Source of the DNA: Spirochaetia bacterium
Lineage (GTDB): Bacteria; Spirochaetota; Spirochaetia; UBA9216
DNA length: 64,000 bases
Direction of reading: 5' to 3'
Assembly (NCBI GenBank): GCA_965140585.1
Contig: OZ223267.1
Coordinates: forward strand, 64,001 to 128,000
The position numbers and the translations under genes are program-made. This document shows positions 20,504-30,205 of the stretch, piece by piece; position 1 is the first letter of the stretch; every line of letters begins with the position of its first letter. The notes beneath the pieces were generated by a model. It had not been told where the DNA came from. It did not search any database and worked only from the letters and a program-made list of their open reading frames with translations.

Positions 20504-22172
20504 CTATATCATCCCATATTTCTATTGAGTATTTATAACCCTGCTCAGTGAGAAATTTCTGCCTGTTTGCTGAAAATGTTTCTTCGGTAGTGTAGTTGGA
20601 AACAATCGAATAGAAATATGAATTCCTTTCCTTCGGCCTGAGAATCCTTCCCAGGCGCTGGGCTTCCTCCTGGCGCGAACCGAAGGTTCCCGATACCTGA
20701 ATTGCTACCGAGGCATCAGGCAGATCTATTGCAAAGTTGGCTACCTTTGAAACTACTATGACGCGTTCCTCTCCTTCACGGAATTTCTGGTAGATTACCT
20801 CACGTTCACTGTTCGGTGTCTTTCCGGTGATAAGGGGAGCCTTGAGTCTTTTTGCAAGAAGATGCAGCTGGTCCAGATACTGGCCGATGACAATCACCGC
20901 ATCCTCCGGGTGGTTATCGATAAGCTGGGTTGTAATCTGAATCTTACGCGGATTTTCACTGGCTATCCTGAACTTCTGTCTTTTATCGGATGCCGCGTAT
21001 TCAATCATCATTCTTTCAGGCATATCCACCCTGATTTCACAGCAGCTTGCTTCGGCTATCCAGCCCTTTGATTCAAGCTCTTTCCAGGGTACATCAAAGC
21101 GTTTCGGTCCTATTAGTGAGAACACGTCGGATTCTCTTCCGTCTTCACGAAGCAGGGTAGCTGTAAGTCCGAGACGCCTCATGGCCTGTATTTCCGCGGT
21201 TACCCTGAATACGGGCGCCGGCAGAAGATGAACTTCGTCATATATGATCAGACCCCATCCGCCTTCAGAAAATATTCTGAAATGGGGAAACTCGCTTTCC
21301 TTATCAGGGCGCCATGTAAGAATCTGGTATGTCGCGATCGTAACCGGCTTTATTTCTTTCCTTGCTCCTGTATATTCACCGATTTCATCGGCTGTAAGTG
21401 AGGTCTTGTCCAGCAATTCTCTCATCCACTGGTGGACCGCTGCGACATTGGTTGTAATTATTAGTGTGTTTGTTCTGCACAGATCCATTGTCTTTATACC
21501 GACGATGGTTTTTCCTGAGCCGCAGGGAAGTACTATTGTGCCGAATCCGTAGCCTCTTTCTCCACCGCCGTGGAAGGCGTTTGCTGCATTGTCCTGATAG
21601 TCTCGTGTATTGAAGCTGCTGCCGGATGCGGCAATCTCCCGCAGGCTGAAGTCAAGCGGTTTACCGTCCTTGAGCGGTGCCGTATCTTTTACCGGCCATC
21701 CAAGCTTGATCAGTTCAACCTTGACTGTCCCGCGGTCGACCAGTTTTACGAGAAAGCCGTCACCCTCTCTAATCAGGTATTTTGCCAGGCCCTTTCTTGC
21801 TTCAAGTTCCGCTACTATGTAGCTGTTCTCGGCTTCAAGATAGAGAAAGTCCGGATTCTCGGTTTCCTTCAGAACGAGCTGTCCGAACCTGTCCACAGTC
21901 TGTCTGATAGTAAAACTGACATTTTCGGGAACAGAAAATTTAGACCACTTTGAAAGTCTTTTAAGAATGTTGTCTGCTGAAATTCCGGCGGATGCTGCAT
22001 TCCACAGAGACAGTGGTGATATTCTGAATGTATGAATATGTTCAGGTGACTTTTCAAGTTCGGCAAAAGCGGCAATATCGGTACGTGCCTCATCGGCAAA
22101 AGGATGATGCACATCCAGCATCAGTGAGCTGTCGCTTTGTACTATAAGAGGTGTTTTATCATCCTTTACCAT
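20496..22172 (-). CDS. DNA repair helicase XPB (Ssl2/Rad25 family)
   Basis: PLIVQSD, LEKSPEHIHTFRISPLSLWNA, VLPCGSGKT, DEVH, GLTATLLREDG (RED motif) and QEEAQRLGRILR motifs. Confidence 0.95.
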   Translation of the reverse strand: MVKDDKTPLIVQSDSSLMLDVHHPFADEARTDIAAFAELEKSPEHIHTFRISPLSLWNAASAGISADNILKRLSKWSKFSVPENVSFTIRQTVDRFGQLVLKETENPDFLYLEAENSYIVAELEARKGLAKYLIREGDGFLVKLVDRGTVKVELIKLGWPVKDTAPLKDGKPLDFSLREIAASGSSFNTRDYQDNAANAFHGGGERGYGFGTIVLPCGSGKTIVGIKTMDLCRTNTLIITTNVAAVHQWMRELLDKTSLTADEIGEYTGARKEIKPVTIATYQILTWRPDKESEFPHFRIFSEGGWGLIIYDEVHLLPAPVFRVTAEIQAMRRLGLTATLLREDGRESDVFSLIGPKRFDVPWKELESKGWIAEASCCEIRVDMPERMMIEYAASDKRQKFRIASENPRKIQITTQLIDNHPEDAVIVIGQYLDQLHLLAKRLKAPLITGKTPNSEREVIYQKFREGEERVIVVSKVANFAIDLPDASVAIQVSGTFGSRQEEAQRLGRILRPKERNSYFYSIVSNYTTEETFSANRQKFLTEQGYKYSIEIWDDIVD

Positions 22173-22222
22173 AACTGATGAGCTTATCAGAGAAAATATT
22201 TAGAATCAATACGAACTGGAAA

Positions 22223-22951
22223 TTAAACCGGCGATGCCGATTTTCCGGCCTTGATTTTTGATGTTATTGCAGTAAATTTCAGTTCCGCATTTTTCATCTG
22301 AGGTTCTTTCATACTTCCTGATGATGTAAGCCGCTCATTGAAAAGCTTGCCGGCTTCGTTGCTTAAATTTGTATAAACCTTGCAGAGAACGGCATCTGTT
22401 TCTTCGGCAAGAAGTATAATAAGTGATTCCCAGTCAATGGCCTTAAGAAGAAAGGAGATTTCGTAGTCTTCAGCATCGAGAAGCCACTGCCCTGAAGGCG
22501 TGTGTGCGGCCTTATCAGCAGTACAAAGTTCCTTCACGTAGGCCTGATAATCAGTGTTTCTGCCTGTTTTGTAAAGTTCGAACTCATCTTCACCCAGAAA
22601 TGAAAGCAGGACTTCCTCTGTAAGACTTTGCGGGTCTCCGCGCATGATCGAAAGAATTCCTTCTTTAATCATCGTCATCTCAAGCAGCTTAGCTCCTGAT
22701 CCGCCTCTTACTGCAAGCCTGATATCAAGGATTCTTTCAATAACTGTATATTCGTAGCCTTTTCCGAGAAGGTTGATGCATTCCCGTAAAAAGAGATTGT
22801 TTATGCCTTCGGAATCCTGACTCAAAGCAAGAAGCCCGTCTGTTCTAGCCTTCTTGGACTGGTTGAGGATTTCCTTCAACAGAAATACTGATGCTTTTTT
22901 TTCTTCGGGAGTACATTTTATAAATTGACTGAATTCTGCGTTGTATACCAT
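22223..22951 (-). CDS. soluble protein with MotA-like cytoplasmic segments and a FliG C-terminal-like domain
   Basis: KARTDGLLAL and MIKEGILSIMRGDP...LLSFL resemble MotA. LLDAEDYEISFLLKAIDWESL...VYTNLSNEAG resembles FliG_C. Own SD (GGGAGG). Confidence 0.65.
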   Translation of the reverse strand: MVYNAEFSQFIKCTPEEKKASVFLLKEILNQSKKARTDGLLALSQDSEGINNLFLRECINLLGKGYEYTVIERILDIRLAVRGGSGAKLLEMTMIKEGILSIMRGDPQSLTEEVLLSFLGEDEFELYKTGRNTDYQAYVKELCTADKAAHTPSGQWLLDAEDYEISFLLKAIDWESLIILLAEETDAVLCKVYTNLSNEAGKLFNERLTSSGSMKEPQMKNAELKFTAITSKIKAGKSASPV

Positions 22952-23106
22952 TTTTTCCTCCCATCAATGGATTTAATTAATCTTTCTGAAGCTATCACGC
23001 AATGACTGTGATATCCGGGAAAAATGGTAATTTGAGATAAAATCAGTAATTAGTACTATGAAATGATTAGTAGTAGTAAGCCTGTTCTAATACTCTGCTA
23101 TGGCGG

Positions 23107-23135
23107 TTCACATTGTAATGTTTTATTAATATAAT
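23107..23135 (+). promoter_or_regulatory. sigma70-type promoter of the ECF operon (leaderless configuration)
   Basis: TTCACA (23107-23112), 17 bp, TATAAT (23130-23135); ATG 7 nt downstream with no SD. Confidence 0.6.
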
Positions 23136-23142
23136 CACACTC

Positions 23143-24645
23143 ATGCTGAAAATTCTTGCTGTTACGCAAATTTTTTTTAAATATCCCGATTATCCCGGTT
23201 TAAAAGGCAGAGAGGTTCTTGAAGATGTTTCATTGGAGGTCAGGCCCGGGGAGATTTGTGTTATTGCGGGAGGATCAGAATCCGGAAAATCAACGCTGGC
23301 AGGAATTACCGCAGGGCTTATTCCGCTTCACACAGGCGGAAAGTTAACCGGGCAGGTTTTTCTTGATGATACCGATGTTTTGAGCAGAGCCCCGGCAAAG
23401 CTTGTCGGCGAACGGGGGATTGTCTTTCAGGATCCCGAGAAGCAAATCATTACGACAGTCTGCGGCGCAGAAACTGCTTTTCCTCTGGAATCCATGGGTA
23501 TGGAGAGGTCTCTGATGCAGACTGCCGTGAAAGCGGCTCTTGAATCTGCCGGGCTTGCCGGTTATGAGCAGGTTTCCACTTCTGCGCTCTCGGGCGGAGA
23601 GAAGAAAAAACTGGGGCTTGCCGGGCTGTTTGCAGTAAGCCCCGGTCTCTGGATTCTTGATGAGACTATTGAGGAGCTTGATAAACCCACCCGGCACCGG
23701 ATAATGAAAAGCCTGCGCGATTCGGGAGCTGCAGTAATACTTTTTACCTCCAAGTTTCTTGAAACCTTCGATGAATACGCTGATTCGCTGTATATCCTTA
23801 AGGACCGCCGTATTTCGGTAAAGCACCGGCTTCCTGCTTCGTCTGAGCTGAAGGAACTGCTACAGGATAATGATCTTCTATATAAAGCGGTTATTCAGGA
23901 AAAGTTATCATCTGACAAAAGTGCAGCAGAATCTGCAGAAAAACTGAGTCTGCCGGTAATAGAAGCGTCAAATATCGGCTATCAATATCCTAACGCCGAT
24001 TTTGCGGTTTCTAATATAGATCTAAAACTAACTGAAGGTGAGGTGCTTGCGCTGGCCGGCAGAAACGGCTGCGGAAAGAGCACTCTGGCCAGAGTGCTCT
24101 GCGGGCTGCTTGAGCCGGGGCAGGGGACAATAAAAATTGATGCTGAAACTGCAGATTCCAGGCTTCTGAATCGTTGTGTTGCCTATATGTTTCAGAATCC
24201 TGATTATCAGATTTTTCTGCCAACGGTTGAGCAGGAGCTTTCATGGGGACTCAGAGCGGCCGGATTTTCGTCTGCGGAAATCCATGAGAAGGTCAATGAG
24301 GCTGCAGACCTGTTCAAGCTTCCTGCCATGGAGACTCCACCTGCGATGATGAGCTTCAGCGCCCGTAAACGCCTTCAAGCCGCTGTGTATTATCTGCTGA
24401 AGCGACGGGTTTTTATACTCGATGAAGCTGATACCGGACTTTCTTTCCGGGAGTTTACAAGCCTTCTAGAGCTCCTAAAAAAAGAATGCGGCGGGGTAAT
24501 TCTGATTACCCACAATATTGAAGTAATTCCTGATACCTGTAACAGAGTTATCTGTATGGCTAAGGGAAGAATATCCTGTGAATTTGGAAAACCGGAACTT
24601 TCAGCTATATCTGAATGGTTCAGCGAAAGCGGCGGTAAGAAATGA
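23143..24645 (+). CDS. ECF transporter ATPase with fused A-A' domains
   Basis: Two ABC domains (GGSESGKST/VFQDPE/LSGGEKKK and GRNGCGKST/MFQNPDYQ); adjacent to EcfT. Confidence 0.9.
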   Translation: MLKILAVTQIFFKYPDYPGLKGREVLEDVSLEVRPGEICVIAGGSESGKSTLAGITAGLIPLHTGGKLTGQVFLDDTDVLSRAPAKLVGERGIVFQDPEKQIITTVCGAETAFPLESMGMERSLMQTAVKAALESAGLAGYEQVSTSALSGGEKKKLGLAGLFAVSPGLWILDETIEELDKPTRHRIMKSLRDSGAAVILFTSKFLETFDEYADSLYILKDRRISVKHRLPASSELKELLQDNDLLYKAVIQEKLSSDKSAAESAEKLSLPVIEASNIGYQYPNADFAVSNIDLKLTEGEVLALAGRNGCGKSTLARVLCGLLEPGQGTIKIDAETADSRLLNRCVAYMFQNPDYQIFLPTVEQELSWGLRAAGFSSAEIHEKVNEAADLFKLPAMETPPAMMSFSARKRLQAAVYYLLKRRVFILDEADTGLSFREFTSLLELLKKECGGVILITHNIEVIPDTCNRVICMAKGRISCEFGKPELSAISEWFSESGGKK

Positions 24646-25430
24646 TAGCAGATAATTATCTGGAGCGGGACAGTCTCCTGCACCGTTTTGATCCCAGACT
24701 GAAACTGCTGCTGACTCTTGCCTCTGTTGCATTTTTCTTTGCAGAGAAGAATGTTCTTATTCAGGGCGGATTTTTTCTGCTGATTTTTCTGATTTCAGTA
24801 ATCACCGCCGGCTTAAGAAACTCATTTCACCCGCTGAAGCTGATTTTTCCTATTCTGCTTCTAACCGCTTTTCTTACACCTGCATTTCATCGAACTGGCG
24901 AGGCCGTTATTACTGTCGGTAATACAGCTGTCCTTACAGCGGACGGAATGATTCTGGCAGTCTCTCTCCTGCTCAGGTTTTCCGGCATAACAACAATTTT
25001 CTATGTCTTTTTCAGTTCTACCAGGACTATGGATTTTATACTTGCCCTTGGATTTTTCGGTCTGCCGCATAAGGCTGCGCTTACTACGGAAATTTCATTG
25101 AGGTTTATTCCATATATGTTCAGGATTCACTCCAATATCAATGATGCTCATAAACTGCGCAGGGCAGGACTAAGTTCTTCTGAAAAAGAGAAAAGCTTTT
25201 TAGGATTTCTGCACCGGCTGAGAAATATGTTTCCTGTTCTTACCTCCGTCCTTATTCAGGCTGTAAAGAGCATCCCCTCACTTTCAATGGCTCTTGATTC
25301 GAAAGGCTTCGGTATAAGTGCCGGGCGTACAAGTTACCGGGCGCTGCCATTGATGAAAAAAGCTGCCGGACAGATACTAATTACGCTTCTTTTTATTGCC
25401 GCTCTTGTCATCATTCTTGTCATTGTTTAA
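24642..25430 (+). CDS. ecfT: ECF transporter transmembrane T component
   Basis: SLLHRFDPRLKL, ISLRFIP and SMALDSKGF CbiQ-family motifs. Confidence 0.9.
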   Translation: MIADNYLERDSLLHRFDPRLKLLLTLASVAFFFAEKNVLIQGGFFLLIFLISVITAGLRNSFHPLKLIFPILLLTAFLTPAFHRTGEAVITVGNTAVLTADGMILAVSLLLRFSGITTIFYVFFSSTRTMDFILALGFFGLPHKAALTTEISLRFIPYMFRIHSNINDAHKLRRAGLSSSEKEKSFLGFLHRLRNMFPVLTSVLIQAVKSIPSLSMALDSKGFGISAGRTSYRALPLMKKAAGQILITLLFIAALVIILVIV

Positions 25431-25439
25431 TATTCCTGC

Positions 25440-25970
25440 ATGAATGATAAAGCACATAAAAGTGGATTTACATCAGGCAGGATTGCTGCTGTTGCTGTAA
25501 TGACAGCTGTTACCATGGTATTTACTTATATAGTCAGGGTTCCTGTAGCGCCGACAAGGGGATACATAAACCTCGGAGATGTAGCTGTAATGTTCACAGC
25601 CTTTACTTTTGGCCCCCTGACGGCACTGATATCAGGAGGGCTTGGTCCTGCTATTGCTGATATAGTATCGGGTTACGCGCAGTGGGCCCCCCTGACTTTT
25701 GTAGCACACGGACTTCAGGGCCTGGCTGCCGCTCTTATTTTCAGAGCAGTGAAGAAGGAAATTTTTGGGGTTATTCTTGGAGGCCTGTCCGGAATGATTA
25801 TAATGGCCGGACTGTATCTGGTGGGCGGCGGTTTTATGGTTGGCTTTGAAGCGGCGGCTGTTGAAGCACCGATGAACCTTCTCCAGAGCGGTGTGGGGCT
25901 TGTCGGCGGATTTGTTCTGTCAAAGGCCGTCCGCAAAGCATATCCTCCGGTATCCCGACTGGCCTGGTAA
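25440..25970 (+). CDS. ECF transporter S component
   Basis: RVPVAPTRGYINLGD, GPAIADIVSGYAQWAP; about 6 TM segments, 176 aa. Confidence 0.88.
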   Translation: MNDKAHKSGFTSGRIAAVAVMTAVTMVFTYIVRVPVAPTRGYINLGDVAVMFTAFTFGPLTALISGGLGPAIADIVSGYAQWAPLTFVAHGLQGLAAALIFRAVKKEIFGVILGGLSGMIIMAGLYLVGGGFMVGFEAAAVEAPMNLLQSGVGLVGGFVLSKAVRKAYPPVSRLAW

Positions 25971-25980
25971 TTCCCTATCA

Positions 25981-26838
25981 ATGAAATATAACGGAAGAAT
26001 CATAGATTTTCATACTCATATTCAGCCTGCGGCTGTTATTTTGGACAGGACTCCCTATGTCGGGACTGAGCCGGATTTCAGCCTCCTGTATTCTGATCCG
26101 GCGACAAAGTTGTCAGGACCTGAAGATAATCTGGTCATGATGGATAAGTACGGAATTAGTTCTTCGGTTATTCTGGGGTTTGCCTGGAGGAATGAGCATA
26201 CCCTGCAGCTGCATAATGATGCAATTATTGAAGCTGTAAAAAAATATCCCGGGCGGTTTCACGGACTATGCTGTGTCTATCCCTTCAGTGCTTATACAGC
26301 ATCTGAAGCTGTACGCTGCCTTGCGGCCGGTGCTGCCGGGATAGGTGAAATCGGATTGTACGACAGGGATCTTGATAGGGAATATATTGAGGCCATGGCG
26401 CCGGTGATGAAGGTCTGCCGTGATTTCGACCGCCCTGTGATGATGCATGTGAATGAGCCTGTCGGTCACATTTATGACGGTAAGGCTCCTATGTCTATAA
26501 AGGGCATCTATGAGTTTGTTCGTGAATATCCTGATAACCGGATCGTTTTGGCTCACTGGGGCGGGGGCCTTTTCTTTTTTAATTCACTTAAAAAAGAGGT
26601 AGGTGATGTACTTAAAAACGTCTGGTATGACAGCGCAGCATCGCCATATCTTTTCAAACCCTCAGTCTGGAAACTTGCTGCAGAAACAGTCGGTATTGAG
26701 AAAATTCTATTCGGTACAGATTTCCCTCTGCTCACAGCAAAACGCTTCTTCGAAGAACTTGAGACCTGCGGTTTCAGTAACGAAGAGCTTGAGATGATAC
26801 TTTTCCGGAATGCTCTGAAGCTGCTTACTGCGCAGTAA
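25981..26838 (+). CDS. amidohydrolase family protein (Amidohydro_2-like)
   Basis: Start moved to MKYNGRIIDFHTH; HxH, GIGEI, MMH, LAHWGGG and ILFGTDFP motifs. Confidence 0.88.
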   Translation: MKYNGRIIDFHTHIQPAAVILDRTPYVGTEPDFSLLYSDPATKLSGPEDNLVMMDKYGISSSVILGFAWRNEHTLQLHNDAIIEAVKKYPGRFHGLCCVYPFSAYTASEAVRCLAAGAAGIGEIGLYDRDLDREYIEAMAPVMKVCRDFDRPVMMHVNEPVGHIYDGKAPMSIKGIYEFVREYPDNRIVLAHWGGGLFFFNSLKKEVGDVLKNVWYDSAASPYLFKPSVWKLAAETVGIEKILFGTDFPLLTAKRFFEELETCGFSNEELEMILFRNALKLLTAQ

Positions 26839-28936
26839 CTACCTTTGCATCCAGCACCAGCCATCCCTGCTTTGTCCAAACTATAGGGTTGATATCAATA
26901 TGGCCTCCGTCTTCGGCTACAACCGAAGCCAGAACAGACATTCTGCTGATTATAGAAGACAGCGCTGATTTATCCATTTCACTTCCGCGGTATCCGGAAA
27001 GGACCGGGGCTATTTCTAGTTCGTCAAGCATGCTTTCTGCTGTCAGTTTTCCGCAGGGAGCCAGCCTGAATGAAGTATCGCGGTAAAGTTCGGTCAGTAT
27101 ACCGCCTGCACCCGCCATAACTGCCGGTCCGAAGGTTGCATCATTGAGTGAACCAAGAATCACTTCCGGTGCCGTGTATTTGACCATCGGGGTCACAAGA
27201 AAGTTTTCGCCTGGGAATTTTTTCCGCATTTCATCAATTACTGATTCTATCTCGGGCTGCAGTACGTTTAATACAACTCCGCCGGCATCTGTTTTGTGTA
27301 TTACTTCAGCGGAGCAGAGTTTTACCGCTGCCGGAAAGGATGATACTGGAATTGATTCAACCGGAGTATCAGGCTGTAAAAGGAAATCCGCTGGAACAGG
27401 AAGCCCTGCTTTTTTAAGAAGCTGTTTTGCCTCAAACTCATCAGCTTTTCCGGGGATTCTTAGCGAGTTTTTCCAGCCGCTAAATACAGCTTTTATCTCA
27501 TTTTCGGAAAGGCATCCGTCATCAATGCAGTCATCGCTGCAGTCTTTTATCTGTTTTAGAATATTACCTCTTTCAACAAGAAATCTTGCAGCCCTTACAA
27601 CTCTGCTTATTGAGGAGAATCCGGCTACGCCGTGCCTGTAGAAATCAAGGAGGTTCTTTTCGGTATATGGGCCGAATTCGCTGAAAACAAGAATTGGTTT
27701 ACTTGCCTTTCTGACTACTTCAGCTATCATTTCAATAAGTTCATCGGTTATAGAGGGAGGCGAGAATAGGGCAATGCAGATTATTATGTCTACCCCTTTG
27801 TCATCGAGCAGGGCGTTAAGAGTTTCGACATACATCCTGTTATCAGCGCTGGCGGTAAAGTCTATCGGGTTCGTGCATGAAGCGAACGGGAAGGTTTTCT
27901 TCTTGATACGTTCGACGGTTTCCGGCGCCAGCTTTGCCATCTTAAGATCCGCCCTGGTTCCTGCGGTGTCTACATAGTCTGTACACATTACTCCGAAGCC
28001 TCCGGCGGAAGTGACAACAGCTATACGGTTGCCTTCAGCATGGTTCAGCATTGAAAGAACCTTCGAGCTGTCGCAGAGTTCTTCATCATCCATTGCCCGC
28101 TGGATTCCATACTGTTTAAGGGCTCCGTTGATTACGCTGTCAGAACCCGCAAGCCGTCCTGTATGGGACCCGGCCGCTGCTGCTCCGGCTGCAGTTCTTC
28201 CGGCCTTCAGCACAACCACCGGTTTATCCATGGTAATATCTTCTGCCGTATCAAGGAAATTCCGGCCGCCTTCGATGCTTTCAAGATATAGTGCAATACA
28301 GTTTGTTTCAGGATCTTCGGCAAACCACGGCATAAAATCCATTTCACTGAGATCTGTCTTGTTTCCCGTACCTATAAAGGCCTTCATTCCGTAACCTGTA
28401 TTGCTTGCAAGCCCCAGGGATTCAACTCCTACAGAACCGCTTTGTGAAATAAAAGCTATACTGCCTCCGGCTGCCAGGGCCTTATCGCCGTGTTCTACAA
28501 AGATTGTATCCAAATCCATATCAGGTATAAATATGCCAAGCGAGTTTGGGCCGAGTATTCTTGTGTTATACTTTTCCGCTATCTGCTTGAGTCTGAGTTC
28601 GTGCTGTTTCCCATCAGAGCCTGTTTCACCGAATCCTCCTGCAACAATTATTACGAATGCAGTTCCCTTTTTGGCACACTGCTCAGCTGATTCTACAGCA
28701 AGGGCCGCCGCCACTGTGACTACAGCTATATCGGGGCTGCAGGGCAGATCTGCCACAGAATTATATGTCGGTATATGAAAAATGGTTTCGTATTTCGGGT
28801 TTACCGGATAGAGCCGGGCGCTGCTTCTAAGCAGATTCTTCATTATTATCGCACCAGCCTTGCCCTCGGCTTCGGATGCACCTATTACGGCTATACATTT
28901 TGGGTTAACCAGTCTGCTGATATCGAGTTTATTCAT
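26825..28936 (-). CDS. acyl-CoA synthetase (NDP-forming), fused CoA-binding and ATP-grasp domains
   Basis: IAVIGAS, LGPNSLG, FISQSG, GSHTG (phospho-His), NPIDF, HKTDAGGV and DINP motifs. Confidence 0.9.
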   Translation of the reverse strand: MNKLDISRLVNPKCIAVIGASEAEGKAGAIIMKNLLRSSARLYPVNPKYETIFHIPTYNSVADLPCSPDIAVVTVAAALAVESAEQCAKKGTAFVIIVAGGFGETGSDGKQHELRLKQIAEKYNTRILGPNSLGIFIPDMDLDTIFVEHGDKALAAGGSIAFISQSGSVGVESLGLASNTGYGMKAFIGTGNKTDLSEMDFMPWFAEDPETNCIALYLESIEGGRNFLDTAEDITMDKPVVVLKAGRTAAGAAAAGSHTGRLAGSDSVINGALKQYGIQRAMDDEELCDSSKVLSMLNHAEGNRIAVVTSAGGFGVMCTDYVDTAGTRADLKMAKLAPETVERIKKKTFPFASCTNPIDFTASADNRMYVETLNALLDDKGVDIIICIALFSPPSITDELIEMIAEVVRKASKPILVFSEFGPYTEKNLLDFYRHGVAGFSSISRVVRAARFLVERGNILKQIKDCSDDCIDDGCLSENEIKAVFSGWKNSLRIPGKADEFEAKQLLKKAGLPVPADFLLQPDTPVESIPVSSFPAAVKLCSAEVIHKTDAGGVVLNVLQPEIESVIDEMRKKFPGENFLVTPMVKYTAPEVILGSLNDATFGPAVMAGAGGILTELYRDTSFRLAPCGKLTAESMLDELEIAPVLSGYRGSEMDKSALSSIISRMSVLASVVAEDGGHIDINPIVWTKQGWLVLDAKVVTAQ

Positions 28937-29096
28937 ACTATAAAAATAAGCTATAGAAATTGTACGGTCAACAGGCAGAATGGGAATAAAAAAGTACTTA
29001 TTAATTAGCTAATGAGGATCTAATTTTCTAAAATATAACTATGGCAGTTTAAAGCTATTGCCGAAAAAATAAGAACTAATATTAGAGGAGAGATAA

Positions 29097-30020
29097 ATGA
29101 AAATGACATTGAGAGTTCTTGGAGCTTTCATGGTACTTCTGATGTTTACTGCATGTCCCAATGGAACTACCACGGATGATGAGAATGAAACCGGTTCGGG
29201 TGATGAGACTGAGACAGTTGCTGATACTGATACCATTGTTGATATCGCAGCAATCAGCGGTCTTACCATTCCTGTACTAGGTGAAACACCTGTCTCATCT
29301 ATAGCTGATACTGCAGAATATACCGGAACCGTAACCTGGGACGGCGGATGGGATTGGTCTTCTTATTTTGGCGGTGAAAAGGCATATACTGCAACAATCA
29401 CACTTACAGCAAAATCAGGATATACTTTTACTGGTGTTGTAGCAGATTTCTTCACCGTAGCGGGAGCTTCAACTGTATCAAATGCTGCCGGTTCTGGAGT
29501 TATTACTGCTGTATTTCCAGCTACTGCAACCCTTGCTCTTGGTGATTCGTCCTGCGGAGGATATGTAGCTTATATTCTTCAGTCTGGTGATACCGGATAT
29601 GTTGCAGGCGAACAGCGTGGTTTGATTGCATCATCGGCAGATATGAGTTCAGGTATTATCTGGGCAACTGCGTCTTACCAGACGACATCAGTAACAGAAA
29701 CCTTGACTGCTTTTGGTACAGGATCAGTAAATACTGATCTTATCATAGCCCAGAACGGAGCTGGAACCACCTATGCAGCAGGCCTGGCCCGTTCATGTAC
29801 GGATGGAGGCTATTCCGACTGGTTTCTTCCATCATGGGAGGAGGTATATCAACTTTATTTAAATAAAGCGTTTATAGGCAGCTTTGCAGGTGAACTCTAC
29901 TGGAGTTCGTCAGAGGTAAGCGCTACCTCAGTTGCTACTTTAAATTCTGGCAACGGTAACCAGCATAATCAAGCAAAGAGCGAAAACACCTGGGATGTTC
30001 GACCGGTAAGGTATTTTTAA
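29097..30020 (+). CDS. lipoprotein with C-terminal DUF1566 (C-type lectin-fold) domain
   Basis: Lipobox FTAC; GGYSDWFLPSWEEVYQLY, YWSSSE and terminal VRPVRYF motifs. Confidence 0.82.
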   Translation: MKMTLRVLGAFMVLLMFTACPNGTTTDDENETGSGDETETVADTDTIVDIAAISGLTIPVLGETPVSSIADTAEYTGTVTWDGGWDWSSYFGGEKAYTATITLTAKSGYTFTGVVADFFTVAGASTVSNAAGSGVITAVFPATATLALGDSSCGGYVAYILQSGDTGYVAGEQRGLIASSADMSSGIIWATASYQTTSVTETLTAFGTGSVNTDLIIAQNGAGTTYAAGLARSCTDGGYSDWFLPSWEEVYQLYLNKAFIGSFAGELYWSSSEVSATSVATLNSGNGNQHNQAKSENTWDVRPVRYF

Positions 30021-30052
30021 CATACACGAATATCCGGAAAGTCTTGCCATGT

Positions 30053-30111
30053 AAAAGGCCGCCGTTTGATTGTTTATATAGCATAAGCAACAGTTAATTC
30101 GGCGGCTTTTT
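30053..30111 (+). terminator. long hairpin / intrinsic terminator after the DUF1566 gene
   Basis: GCCGCCG...CGGCGGC stem with A-run before and T-run after; inner arms TTGATTGTT / AACAGTTAA extend the stem. Confidence 0.65.
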
Positions 30112-30205
30112 GTATTTAAACTTTCTTTTTTTCTTGTATGTATCGTTGTAAGTATATATAAAAATATATTTTATAATACTGAAGTTTAATGAAACAGGAG
30201 AGACC

